Shown: in pieces, positions 8,263-17,448 of the stretch
How the letters are laid out: every line of letters starts with the position of its first letter
Numbering within the stretch: the stretch's first letter is position 1
Assembly: GCA_016177705.1 (NCBI GenBank)
Contig: JACOUT010000005.1
Span: forward strand, 30,374-94,373
Direction: 5' to 3'
From: Deltaproteobacteria bacterium
Lineage (GTDB): Bacteria; Myxococcota; UBA727; VGSZ01
Length of the DNA: 64,000 nt
The notes under the pieces: model-generated
Told to the model about the DNA's origin: nothing
The model's input: only the letters and a program-made list of their open reading frames with translations
Databases searched by the model: none
Position numbers and translations under genes: made by a program

Positions 8263-10737
8263 CTACTCGGGGTCCACGGTAAACGTCCAGCTGGTCGTGA
8301 CCGACCACCCCGGGCCTTGCATGGTCACGGTGTCGCTCAGGTTGGTCAGGTCCCCTGCGGCGGTGCCTTCGCCGGCGATGTCGTCGATCGCGAGCACTAC
8401 GGCCTCCTCGAGTGGATCGTCGACGTTGGTGGCGCAGGTGTCCAGCGTGCCGAGGAACTCGTAGCGGGCCGTGAAGGCGCCCCGCCTCGTGCCGTCGACG
8501 GTCGTGCCCACGCTGGGCTCGACGCCGTAGCCGTTGTCCTCGGGGTCGTGGCCGAACAGAAAGGTACCGCCGGTCACCGACCCGCTGCCTTGCGTCGTCT
8601 CATGGGTCTCGAGCGTCTCGTGGTAGGTGCATTCCCCGCTGCCCAGGTCGGTGTTGCGCTCCACGTAGTCGTAGGTCTCGTCATAGGACGCGGTGCCACC
8701 GGTGACCAGGAACTCCTTGGCGTAGGCCGTGCTCGAGACCAGGCGCAGCGAGTAGCTCACCTGCTGCGTGCGTACGGTCCGGCTCGTCGCCGTCGAGGTC
8801 GCGGTCACGACCGACGACTCGTTCTCGTCGCGCCGGGTCGCCGTATAGCTGCCCAAGCGAACGCTCGTCGACGTCGCGTCAGCGAGCTCGAAGCGATAGC
8901 TCGGCGTCAGCACGGTCTCCACGAAGGCGACGAAGTTGCCCGGGATGGTGCCGGTCTCCGAGGCAGTCCAGCGCAGATTGAAGTCGGTCTGTCCTGGCGA
9001 CGCTTGCACCTCGTTCGCCAACTGCAGGTTGCCGCCGACGCGTCGATAGAGGCGTACGACCGTGACGTTGTAGCCGATGACCGGGAACACCGTGCTGCCA
9101 GGATCGAGCTTGACCTCGAAGGTGACCTCGTCGGCGGGCTCGAAGGCCTCGCGATCCGCAGTGACGCTGGTGGCCACGGGGGAGCTGGCGAGCGGGTGCT
9201 TGAGCTCGAGCGCGAGCGAGAAGACGTTGACGTGCATCGAACCGAGGAAGGCGGCGAAGTCGCGGCCCGCCTCGGCGCTGGCGAACAACGACAGCTGATA
9301 GTCGCCCTTGAAGTCGACATCAGCGGCCTGGCTCTGGTCGGGCGCCAGCACGGCGTCGAGCTCGATCCCCGCCTTGCACTCGATGGCGCGCACGCGCCAG
9401 CGGCGCCAGAAGCGCGCGCCTCCTTCGATGTCGGCGAACACGAACGCCGACAATTGCGCCTCGACGGTCAGGTCGGTCGAGGGCAGGCTCGCCGGGTAGA
9501 CGGGCTTGGCCTTGCCCGTGGCGACGCCGTCGAGCTCGGTCACCGCCTCGCAGTCCGGATCGCAGATGAAGCCGACGCGCGCGTTGACGCCGACCTCGCT
9601 GGTGGCTTCGAGTCCGACGTCAGCGAACGGGATCTCGCCCGCCAGCTCGAAGCCCGCGCCGAGCGGCACGGTGGCGCCGACGACGAACCCGATCACGCCC
9701 GGCACGCCGATGTAGAGCTTGGCCAGCTCGAGCTTGCACGTCACGGAGCCCGCCAGGGCCACGCCGGCCACCGGTGTGACCTCGAGGGTGGCGCGCGGCT
9801 CGCCGACCAGCAGCATCTTCTTCAGCTGGTCGTTCCAGGTGATCTCGTAGGAGAGGCCGGTGGTGATGGTGAGGTTCGACGTGAGCAGGTTGATCTCCAC
9901 GGCGGAGAGGTCGGCCTCACACGCAAAGGGGCCGAGCGGGAACTCGGCGGCGTAGGCGTTCGAGATCGGCGCCTCGCGCGGCGTGAACCGCAACGAGCCG
10001 TCCGGCAAGCGCTCCCACGTGAAGGCCTGCTGCACCTCGACCGGCACCTCGAACGGCGCGCGCGAGAGGTCGAGCGTTGCGTCGATGTCGAGCGAGGCGA
10101 ACAGCTCGTCGAGCGGCACCAGCTCGAGCGTGACGCGCGCGCCGTCGACCGCCACCACGCGACCGCTGACCAGCTTGTCGCCGGTGCCGAGCAGCAGCGT
10201 GCCCACCGCCGGTGGCGACACGCCGGTGAGCGTGATCGCGTAGCGCGAGCCCACGTGCGGCGCCTCGTCCGGCAGCTCCGGCTCGAAGCCGTCGATCACG
10301 TCGTCGTCGTTGATGACGACGGCGCCCGCGGCGGGCACTGCCGCGACAGCGAGCACCTCGCCGGTGAGCATGGTGCCGTCGGCGCTGGTGACGGTGGCGG
10401 TGATGAGCGCGCTGCCGGCCTCGACGAGCGCGCTGACCGTGCCTTGCTCGTCGACGGCGACCACGTCCGGCTTCGCCGAGGCCCACTGCACGGCGGCCTC
10501 GAGCTCCGTGCCGGCCGCGTCGAGCAGGCGCGCGCGCAGCTCTTGGCTGGGCATCGAGGGTGTGAGCAGCACGCCGCTCGGCGTGATGACGACGCTGATG
10601 GGCGGCCCGGGCGGCGTTTCGCCTTCCCCTTCGCCCTCACCCTCGGCGGGGCCGGGCGGTGGCTCGACGCAGGCGACACCGGCGAGCGCGAGCGAAAGGG
10701 CGGCGGGCAGAAGCGCGGAGGTTAATCGACCGATCAT
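8263..10737 (-). CDS. large secreted lipoprotein with a short (GE)n tract, otherwise uncharacterised
   Basis: Internal ATG at 10737 gives 'MIGRLTSALLPAALSLALAGVACVEPPPGPAEGEGEGEGETPPGPP'. The 824 aa frame has balanced composition, unlike the antisense frame 8122..10725. Confidence 0.7.
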   Translation of the reverse strand: MIGRLTSALLPAALSLALAGVACVEPPPGPAEGEGEGEGETPPGPPISVVITPSGVLLTPSMPSQELRARLLDAAGTELEAAVQWASAKPDVVAVDEQGTVSALVEAGSALITATVTSADGTMLTGEVLAVAAVPAAGAVVINDDDVIDGFEPELPDEAPHVGSRYAITLTGVSPPAVGTLLLGTGDKLVSGRVVAVDGARVTLELVPLDELFASLDIDATLDLSRAPFEVPVEVQQAFTWERLPDGSLRFTPREAPISNAYAAEFPLGPFACEADLSAVEINLLTSNLTITTGLSYEITWNDQLKKMLLVGEPRATLEVTPVAGVALAGSVTCKLELAKLYIGVPGVIGFVVGATVPLGAGFELAGEIPFADVGLEATSEVGVNARVGFICDPDCEAVTELDGVATGKAKPVYPASLPSTDLTVEAQLSAFVFADIEGGARFWRRWRVRAIECKAGIELDAVLAPDQSQAADVDFKGDYQLSLFASAEAGRDFAAFLGSMHVNVFSLALELKHPLASSPVATSVTADREAFEPADEVTFEVKLDPGSTVFPVIGYNVTVVRLYRRVGGNLQLANEVQASPGQTDFNLRWTASETGTIPGNFVAFVETVLTPSYRFELADATSTSVRLGSYTATRRDENESSVVTATSTATSRTVRTQQVSYSLRLVSSTAYAKEFLVTGGTASYDETYDYVERNTDLGSGECTYHETLETHETTQGSGSVTGGTFLFGHDPEDNGYGVEPSVGTTVDGTRRGAFTARYEFLGTLDTCATNVDDPLEEAVVLAIDDIAGEGTAAGDLTNLSDTVTMQGPGWSVTTSWTFTVDPE

Positions 10738-10948
10738 CCTGTTTTTTCTAGGGGAGCCACAGGGGGAGGGCAAGGCGGAGCCGGCCGATCGGTCGTCCAG
10801 GTCACACGACGAGGGTCACCTGCTTCTCGCCGCGGAATGGCGCCCCAAGGACCCCGTTCGATCCTTGTCTGCCAGGGAGAAGCGCAACTCAGGAAATGTG
10901 GGACCGATAACCACCTGGCCCTACAGAACCTGCAACAAGGAAGCGCCC

Positions 10949-12016
10949 ATGCCCGTCAGCGTCACCGCCCCCGCGTCCCCGGCTCCCACCGCGCTCATCA
11001 CCCGCCAGCCGCCGCCGGGCTACGCCATCGCGCCCGCCTGCGGGATCGTGCCGCTCGGCGACAAGGACGTCTGGGACACCAAGGTGGGCCGCGCCGGTCA
11101 CGCGCTCGACACCGCCAGCCGCGGCGTGGGCAAGGCCGAGCTCGAGGGTCTGTTGGCCGTGATGACGCGTTCGCCCGCCGAGTTCCTCTCGCGCCTGGCG
11201 GCCGACTCGGAGAACGGCACGCCGGTGGCGTACACCATCAAAGCGAAGAAGATGAAGGACTTCGGCATCGCGCAGCTCGACGTCAAGGTCGAGAACCGGA
11301 AGCTCGAGGCCACCGTGACCTTCCAAGTCACCAACAAGGCGGTCAACTCGGTGACGGCGCAGTACGCCGACAAGAAGACCGGCCCGCGCCTCACCGCCGC
11401 GCTCAAGATCACGGGCGAGATCGATCCGGCCACCGCCAGCATCAACAACTTCTCGGTCGGCCTCGACGTCAAGAACCTGCTGAGCTTCGACGCTGCCGCC
11501 ATCGACCAGACCAAGCAGAAGCTGAAGGAATTCAGCGACGCGCTCAAGAAGCTCGACAAGAAGGACCCGCAGGCGCAGACCGTGGCGGCCACCGCCGACG
11601 CCCTCACCAAGGCGCTGCAGGAGGCCTCGCTCGTGGCCGTGCTGATGGAGGTCGCGCACGACGACAAGAAGACCACCATGCGCATCAGCCGCGAGGGAGA
11701 AGCGGTGCGCGCGAAGGTCGAGCTCGGCGACGACAAGTTCTCCGTCGATCTCGAGAACGTGCTCGGCAAGGTCGGCCCCGGCTACCCGAAGACGCACCTG
11801 GTCATCGCGGGCGGCACCGACAGCGCCAAGAACAAGGTCGCGCTGCAGTCGATCCGCTTCTTCCACAACGACAAGCTCTCGCTGTCGTTCGAGGGCGGTC
11901 CGATCCCCACGCTGTACAAGATGAACAAGGACGGCACGCGCACCGAGCTCAAGGGCGACGCCGGCATGCTCATCGCGGGCGCCGGCGCCCTGCCGATGCT
12001 GCTGAACCGGCCTTGA
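10949..12016 (+). CDS. lysine-rich hypothetical protein without a signal peptide
   Basis: ATG at 10949 after the intergenic gap; the upstream part of ORF 10310.. overlaps gene 8263..10737 and is discounted. 355 aa, K/E/D-rich, very different composition from neighbours. Confidence 0.6.
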   Translation: MPVSVTAPASPAPTALITRQPPPGYAIAPACGIVPLGDKDVWDTKVGRAGHALDTASRGVGKAELEGLLAVMTRSPAEFLSRLAADSENGTPVAYTIKAKKMKDFGIAQLDVKVENRKLEATVTFQVTNKAVNSVTAQYADKKTGPRLTAALKITGEIDPATASINNFSVGLDVKNLLSFDAAAIDQTKQKLKEFSDALKKLDKKDPQAQTVAATADALTKALQEASLVAVLMEVAHDDKKTTMRISREGEAVRAKVELGDDKFSVDLENVLGKVGPGYPKTHLVIAGGTDSAKNKVALQSIRFFHNDKLSLSFEGGPIPTLYKMNKDGTRTELKGDAGMLIAGAGALPMLLNRP

Positions 12017-12135
12017 GTCACGCCGCCTCGCACTCGGCTGCACCGGCTCATCGGACCCGCGGGCCTGGTGGGCGGGCGCTAGTCGGTGGGCGGTGCCCGG
12101 TTGAGTTGCCGACGTGATTTGGACAGCCTGACGCT

Positions 12136-12363
12136 ATGGCCGGCTTGAGCCCCGAGGAGATCGAGCGCATTCGCGAAGAGGAGCGCGTGCGCGCACAGGT
12201 GCGGGCCGAGGTCGCCGCCGAACAGGCGACGCGTCTTCGCCGCGGCACCTTCGCCAAGACGCTGGTGCTGTGGGCGCTGCTGATCGTCGTCATGTTCGGC
12301 ATCTGGCGCGTGTTCGCGACGTCCCCTGGAGAGCCGCAAAGCACGCAGCAGGACGCGCGGTAG
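12136..12363 (+). CDS. small membrane protein
   Basis: 75 aa, charged coiled N-terminus then one TM helix 'TLVLWALLIVVMFGIW'; abuts the next gene. Confidence 0.45.
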   Translation: MAGLSPEEIERIREEERVRAQVRAEVAAEQATRLRRGTFAKTLVLWALLIVVMFGIWRVFATSPGEPQSTQQDAR

Positions 12364-12882
12364 ATGCGACCATGGGCGGCCTGCCTTTGGACCGCGCGCA
12401 ACAGCCTCGTGCGCACCGTTGGTCCCTGCGCGCTTCTGATGCTGCTCGCGGGCTGCCAGGGCGGTCCTGCCGAGGGGACCTGGAGCGGGATCGGCAACCT
12501 CGATCCCCTCGACGCGCCCGGCGGGTTCGAGGGCACCGTCGTGGTCATGGGGTTGCAGGTCGGGGAGGCGGACGAGGACTGGCCGCTTCAGCCCTGCGGC
12601 GTCGTGCCGGCCGAGGCTCGCGCGGAAGACCCGAACGCCTTCGCCATCGAGGACGCGAGGTGCACCTTCGAGGACCTCCCCGGCACCTGGCTGTTCACCG
12701 CGCCGCGCTTGGAGGTGCTCTTCGTAGCGTCCGATCCCATCGAGCGCACGGGGACGTTGCAGGTCGGTGGCGAGGGCGAGGTGAGCTTCAACGGCGCAGC
12801 GCCGGTCGCGGCGCTGCTGCAGGCGTCGCTCTCCTTGGAGCAGCCGCGTGCCTACGGCGACGCCGGGGCACTCGCCCCTTGA
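12364..12882 (+). CDS. lipoprotein
   Basis: Lipobox 'LLMLLAGCQGG'; 172 aa. Confidence 0.55.
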   Translation: MRPWAACLWTARNSLVRTVGPCALLMLLAGCQGGPAEGTWSGIGNLDPLDAPGGFEGTVVVMGLQVGEADEDWPLQPCGVVPAEARAEDPNAFAIEDARCTFEDLPGTWLFTAPRLEVLFVASDPIERTGTLQVGGEGEVSFNGAAPVAALLQASLSLEQPRAYGDAGALAP

Positions 12883-12967
12883 GCGCGAGCTCCAAGCAGC
12901 TCAACTCCGGCGGTCGGCACGGCCCACGTCAGGCCCAATCGAGGTGCGTCGGGATAGACTGGGCGTG

Positions 12968-13735
12968 ATGCGGACGCCGTTCTCCTCGATCATCGCGGGC
13001 ATGGGGTGCGCAGCGTGCACGCTGATCCCGCCGGCCCCGCCCGAGGAACCACCGATCCTCGATGACGCAGCTGCGGCGCGTAGCTTCTGTGGGCGCTACG
13101 TCGACTGCGCCGATGCGCCCGCCAGCTACGTCGGCACGTGTGAGATCGATCTCCGTAACTCGCTCATCCGCCTCCACAACAAGCAAACGCAGGAGTGCGA
13201 CGCCGCCGCGACGACGCTTGCGAGCGCGTTCATCTGCCTCGGTGATCAGGCCTGCGAGGTCGTGCAAAACAGCTCGCAGTGGGAGAGCGCGTGCGACGAG
13301 TGGCGCATCGCCCGTGAGCAGAGCGACGTCTGCGAAGGTCGGCAGCAGCAGCCCGTCGAGGAAGGTCCGGAGTACCCGTGCGACGCGGCGCAGGTCTTCG
13401 AGTCGATCGATGGCGATCAGGAAGACGTCACCTTTGAGCGCCTGGCCGGGTCGTTCGACGCCGAGCCGCTCGCCGCATGTGAGACCGACCTTGGCCGCCC
13501 TGCCTCGGCGACCGTCACGATGGATGTGACCGGCGACGCGAGCCTGGTGGTGGCCGCGATGTCCGGCTTCGACGGCAACAGCGCGACGACGGTGCTGAAC
13601 CTCGCGACCACCGACGCTGACACGCTCACGGCGACGATCTGCGCCGAGAGCACCTCGCTCGCCGAGGTTGCCGTGCAGCTCTACACCGAGAGCGGCGCGA
13701 CGCGTGTGCTCTGTGCGATGCTCGACGGGTCGTGA
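12968..13735 (+). CDS. Cys-rich lipoprotein
   Basis: ATG at 12968: 'MRTPFSSIIAGMGCAACTL' lipobox; about 14 Cys. Confidence 0.6.
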   Translation: MRTPFSSIIAGMGCAACTLIPPAPPEEPPILDDAAAARSFCGRYVDCADAPASYVGTCEIDLRNSLIRLHNKQTQECDAAATTLASAFICLGDQACEVVQNSSQWESACDEWRIAREQSDVCEGRQQQPVEEGPEYPCDAAQVFESIDGDQEDVTFERLAGSFDAEPLAACETDLGRPASATVTMDVTGDASLVVAAMSGFDGNSATTVLNLATTDADTLTATICAESTSLAEVAVQLYTESGATRVLCAMLDGS

Positions 13736-13747
13736 GCGGCCCGAACG

Positions 13748-14935
13748 TCATTCGACGAGATCGACGAACACGTCCCGCGAGAACAGGTGTAGTTCGAACG
13801 CCGCGAGCTGGAGCGGTTGCTCGACGCCAGCGACGTCGACGACGTCGAAGGGCTCGTGCATGTCGACGTGGAAGCCCTCGAGATCGTTGACCGCGCCGAT
13901 GCGCGTTCGTTGCGGAAGGGTGCCACGAAAGGTGGCGGCCCCTCCGATGTCGAGCTCGGCGACGTCGTCATCGCCGAACCGTAAGCGCAGCGCCGTCACG
14001 GCGAGGCGGGCGGGCGCGTCAGGATCGGCCTGCTCGAGCTCCGCATCGATGGCGACGACTTCGCCGTCGGTGTTCGCGCGCGCGTCGACGACGTGCAGGC
14101 GCGGATGCGCCTCGTCTCCACCCTCGGCTATCTCCAAGGACAGCGACACGTCGAGCAGCGGCACCGACAGCGTGCCGTCGCCGTTGGCGGTCGCCGACAC
14201 GACCCGATTGAGCGCCTCGAACTGATGCCAGACGCGCGCCGTGCCGATGGCGCTGTCGATGGTGGTCACGAGCTTGATCGGGAAGGCGTAGCCAAAGCCG
14301 AAGTCCCGCTGGGTCCAGTCGTCGGGTACGAACAGCTCCGCGGACGGGGCTTCGCCGCACGCGGTGCCGGAAAAATCGCCGCCGTTGCCGATGACGCGTC
14401 CAACGTCGTCAGCGAGCGCGAGGCGCACGCCGTCCGTCTCGCGTGTCGCGCCGACGATTCGAGGTGCGCGTTCGGGGAAACGCGGCAGCGCGAGCTCGAG
14501 GTCACCGCCGCAGCCGCTCACGTTCAAGGTCAGCTCGTCGACCGCCGGGTTGAGCCCCTCGACGGTCAGCAGGGCGTACGCGACCGAGCCGCCGAACAGC
14601 TCCCAGGTGCGTGGCGGTTCGCTGCTCGTCCGCGTGAGGAACAGCGCGTCGAGGCATGGTGCGGTGCTAATAGGGAAATCCCCGGGGCAATCGCAGACAG
14701 GAACGTCGGACCCGGTCCTGCACACACCGACGTCGGCGAAGGTGCCGTCCTGACAGTCGCACGTGAGCGCCGGATCACGCGCATAGACGAGGACCGCGTG
14801 CGTGGTCACCATCACGTCAATACCGATAGGGGTAACTCCGGCTGGTGGTACCTCAGGCGGCGGCGGGTCCTCGCCCGCGCCGACGCAACCGCCGATGAGG
14901 CCGAGCAAGGTTCCGACGACGAGCGACGCGCGCAT
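13748..14935 (-). CDS. lipoprotein, uncharacterised
   Basis: Internal ATG at 14935: 'MRASLVVGTLLGLIGGCVGAGEDPPPPE'. Confidence 0.6.
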   Translation of the reverse strand: MRASLVVGTLLGLIGGCVGAGEDPPPPEVPPAGVTPIGIDVMVTTHAVLVYARDPALTCDCQDGTFADVGVCRTGSDVPVCDCPGDFPISTAPCLDALFLTRTSSEPPRTWELFGGSVAYALLTVEGLNPAVDELTLNVSGCGGDLELALPRFPERAPRIVGATRETDGVRLALADDVGRVIGNGGDFSGTACGEAPSAELFVPDDWTQRDFGFGYAFPIKLVTTIDSAIGTARVWHQFEALNRVVSATANGDGTLSVPLLDVSLSLEIAEGGDEAHPRLHVVDARANTDGEVVAIDAELEQADPDAPARLAVTALRLRFGDDDVAELDIGGAATFRGTLPQRTRIGAVNDLEGFHVDMHEPFDVVDVAGVEQPLQLAAFELHLFSRDVFVDLVE

Positions 14936-14978
14936 CCCTAGATGATAGCGCGGTGCCGGCACCCGGCAGCCACCGCCG

Positions 14979-15416
14979 TCAGCGCGGCAGCTTCCTCTTC
15001 GCCGCCACCGCGCTGTTGTGAGCGATGGCCGCACGCACGAGCGTGCGGAAGGCTGCGGCATCGACCTGCTCGCCCTCGCGCACGTCGATGGCCCGCCGCG
15101 CGTTGCCCTCGAGGCTGGCGTTGAACAGCCGCTTGGGGTCGGGGAGGCTCGCGCCCGCGGCGAAGGTGAGCTTCACGATCTGCCGGTACGTCTCACCGGT
15201 GCACACGATGCCGTCGTGCGACCACACCGGCACGCCGACCATGCCGTTGGACGGCTTGCGCCACTTGCGCTCCTCGATCATCGCGGGGTCGGCCTCGAGG
15301 ATCAGCGCGCGCATGCGCTCGAGCGTCGCCGCGCGCCAGTCGGGCTGTTCGCCCGGAGGGCTGGCCTCACGAGCCGAGGTGCGCTTCTTCGCGGGAGCGG
15401 ATGCACGTGACGCCAT
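14979..15416 (-). CDS. DUF1801 (YdhG-like) domain protein
   Basis: ATG at 15416 'MASRASAPAKKR...'; the 150 upstream codons of ORF 14979..15866 are Arg/Gly junk. 'ILEADPAMIEERKWRKPSNGMVGVPVWSHDGIVCTGETY' fits DUF1801. Confidence 0.55.
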   Translation of the reverse strand: MASRASAPAKKRTSAREASPPGEQPDWRAATLERMRALILEADPAMIEERKWRKPSNGMVGVPVWSHDGIVCTGETYRQIVKLTFAAGASLPDPKRLFNASLEGNARRAIDVREGEQVDAAAFRTLVRAAIAHNSAVAAKRKLPR

Positions 15417-15451
15417 AAGCACTCCTTCATCGACCTCGGTAGCGCTCCTCC

Positions 15452-15907
15452 TCACGGGCCGAGCTTGGCGAGCGCGAGCGCGACCTTGAGCGCGGCCTCG
15501 TCCTGCTGATGCGTGGGAGAGAGCGACACCACCAGCGCGCCCACCGGCAGGTTGAGGTGACCCGTCAGCACGGCGGCGGCGCCTTCGAGGAACGGCGGAT
15601 CGCCCGGGCGCGGTCCGCGCAGCGTGTAGGCGATCACGGCGTCCGCTTGCTCCGCCTTCCCTGGGCACCAGAAGACGTCGGCCGAGATGCCCTCGAGGGT
15701 CAGACGTCGCGCCAGCTTGGGGATGGGCACGCCGGTCGCGAGCGCCTGGTTGAGGTTGTCGAGCTCCTGCTGCATCACCGAGCCCGCCCCCTTGCGCTCC
15801 GCGACGCGGATGCCCTCGCGCTCGAGCCCCGCCACCAGCTCGTCGACCGACAGCTCGCCCGCGCACGACGTCGCGAACAGCAGGGCCAGGGCGAGCGCGC
15901 GGCTCAT
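15452..15907 (-). CDS. small secreted protein
   Basis: C-terminal 151 codons of ORF 15452..17158: 'MSRALALALLFATSCAGELS...'. Overlaps the upstream kinase-like gene by 4 nt. Confidence 0.55.
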   Translation of the reverse strand: MSRALALALLFATSCAGELSVDELVAGLEREGIRVAERKGAGSVMQQELDNLNQALATGVPIPKLARRLTLEGISADVFWCPGKAEQADAVIAYTLRGPRPGDPPFLEGAAAVLTGHLNLPVGALVVSLSPTHQQDEAALKVALALAKLGP

Positions 15908-17430
15908 CGCGCGTCCCTTCGTGCCATCTCGGCGCGGGCCGTGAGGCGCATGCCGAACTCGTGGCAGCGCGTGCCCATGGGAACCAGCTCGCTCGCCTCG
16001 CCGAGGAGCTGCTGTGCCAGCTCGGCCTCGCCGAGCTGTGCCGCCTGCATCGCCTTGATGAGCACCACGCGCCCGCCGGGCTCGCAGTCGGCGGCGGCCT
16101 GCGCGAGCATACCCATCTGCACGGCGCGGTTCGGGCGTGACCCCGTGCGCTGCGCGACCAAGAGCGCGCCGCTCACGAGCCCGCTGCCGGTGAGCACCAT
16201 GAGGAACAGCCGGGCGCGCGGCTCGAGCCGGCCGTAGGCCTGCCCGAGCGCGCGCAGCACCTGGCCGATCGGCCCCGGCACCTGCTCCTCGTCCGCGGCG
16301 AACGGCGCCTGCGTCGCCGGCGACGCAGGCATCGGCTGGTTCCTGGCAGCCGTCGCTGCGGCGATCGGCGCCAGCACCCACTCGCCACCGACGGCGAAGG
16401 GCGCGTCCACCGCGTCGGGCGCCAGCTCGGCGAGCTGCGCGGCGAGGATGCGGTTGGTTGGCTGCGCGAGCATGACGCGCTTCATCAGGCCGAGCGCCTC
16501 GAGCAGGTTGCCGCAGCCGAGGTGCAGCGTGGCCGCTTTGCGTAGCAGGGCTGGCGATGGGTCGGGCTCCGCCTGCGCGATGTGCGCGTTGGCGTCGGTG
16601 ACCTCCAGCGGCTCGGGCCGCGCGCCGCGGATGAGGCCGGCCGCGGCGGCCTGCCCGAGCAGCTCCACCACCTGCGGCAGGCCGGGGAGCAGCGCCTGCG
16701 CGCGCAGAAGGCAGACGGCGGCCGCGACGCGGGCGCGCGGATCGGCGACCAGCGCGGCGCCGCGCTCTCCCTCGGCGACGGCCTGCGCTTCGTGCAGGTG
16801 GCGGGCCGCGTCCTGCGGTCGATCGACGAGGACGCTGAGCGCGTCGGGGAAACGCGCGCGCAGCGACGCGATGGGCGCCGCGATGGACGCGTGAGCCGAC
16901 GCCGCGTCCGGCGGACGCCGCGCCACGTCGGGGTGCAAGAGCGCGAGCAGCACGTGCTCGAGGAAGCCGGGCGTCGTCGGCCACAGGACCGCGATCGGCG
17001 GCGGCTGCTTGAGCCGTGCCAGCAGGGCGGTCGTCGCCTCGGCGCTGCCGGCGTCGAACACGCGACGCCCGCACAGCAACTCGAGCAGCAACGCGCCGAG
17101 CGCGAACAGGTCCGCCTTGATCGTGGGTGCGCCCGTGGCGCCGCGCTCGGGCGCGCACAGCCAGGGCGCCGGCGTCGTCGCAGGCGCGAGCTGTACCCCG
17201 CCGGCGGTGACCGTGATGGCACCCGGTTGCAGGTCGAGGCCCACCGTGCCGGCGTCGTGCAGCAGCGCCATGCGCTCGAGCAGCGCGTCCGCGAGGAGCG
17301 CGACCGCGGCCGCCGGCAGGCGGCCGAAGGGCGCCACGAGATCGGCGAGGCTCCGCGCACGCTCGTTCACGGCGCCGAGACTAGCGCAGCCCCGGTTCGG
17401 CGGATCGTCCGGGCGTCGGCCGGCGAGCAC
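15904..17430 (-). CDS. degenerate protein-kinase-like domain protein with helical-repeat C-terminus
   Basis: 'GLDLQPGAITV' in place of HRDLKPxN, 'IKADLFALGALLLELLCG' sub-domain IX-like; no Gly-loop or VAIK visible; C-terminal Ala/Leu-rich TPR-like region. Confidence 0.5.
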   Translation of the reverse strand: MLAGRRPDDPPNRGCASLGAVNERARSLADLVAPFGRLPAAAVALLADALLERMALLHDAGTVGLDLQPGAITVTAGGVQLAPATTPAPWLCAPERGATGAPTIKADLFALGALLLELLCGRRVFDAGSAEATTALLARLKQPPPIAVLWPTTPGFLEHVLLALLHPDVARRPPDAASAHASIAAPIASLRARFPDALSVLVDRPQDAARHLHEAQAVAEGERGAALVADPRARVAAAVCLLRAQALLPGLPQVVELLGQAAAAGLIRGARPEPLEVTDANAHIAQAEPDPSPALLRKAATLHLGCGNLLEALGLMKRVMLAQPTNRILAAQLAELAPDAVDAPFAVGGEWVLAPIAAATAARNQPMPASPATQAPFAADEEQVPGPIGQVLRALGQAYGRLEPRARLFLMVLTGSGLVSGALLVAQRTGSRPNRAVQMGMLAQAAADCEPGGRVVLIKAMQAAQLGEAELAQQLLGEASELVPMGTRCHEFGMRLTARAEMARRDAR

Positions 17431-17448
17431 ACGCGCGGAGCGCCGCGG

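Noticed and set aside
8122-10725. 867-aa + strand ORF antisense to the giant lipoprotein gene
   Set aside because: Its translation is dominated by R/G/A/E runs ('RRRGRGHDRRLVLVAPGRR...') with no domain or signal. This is the typical high-GC antisense frame; the opposite strand encodes a coherent lipoprotein.
15018-15489. + strand ORFs over the DUF1801 and small-secreted genes
   Set aside because: They are antisense to better-supported genes and have an R/A/G-rich composition.
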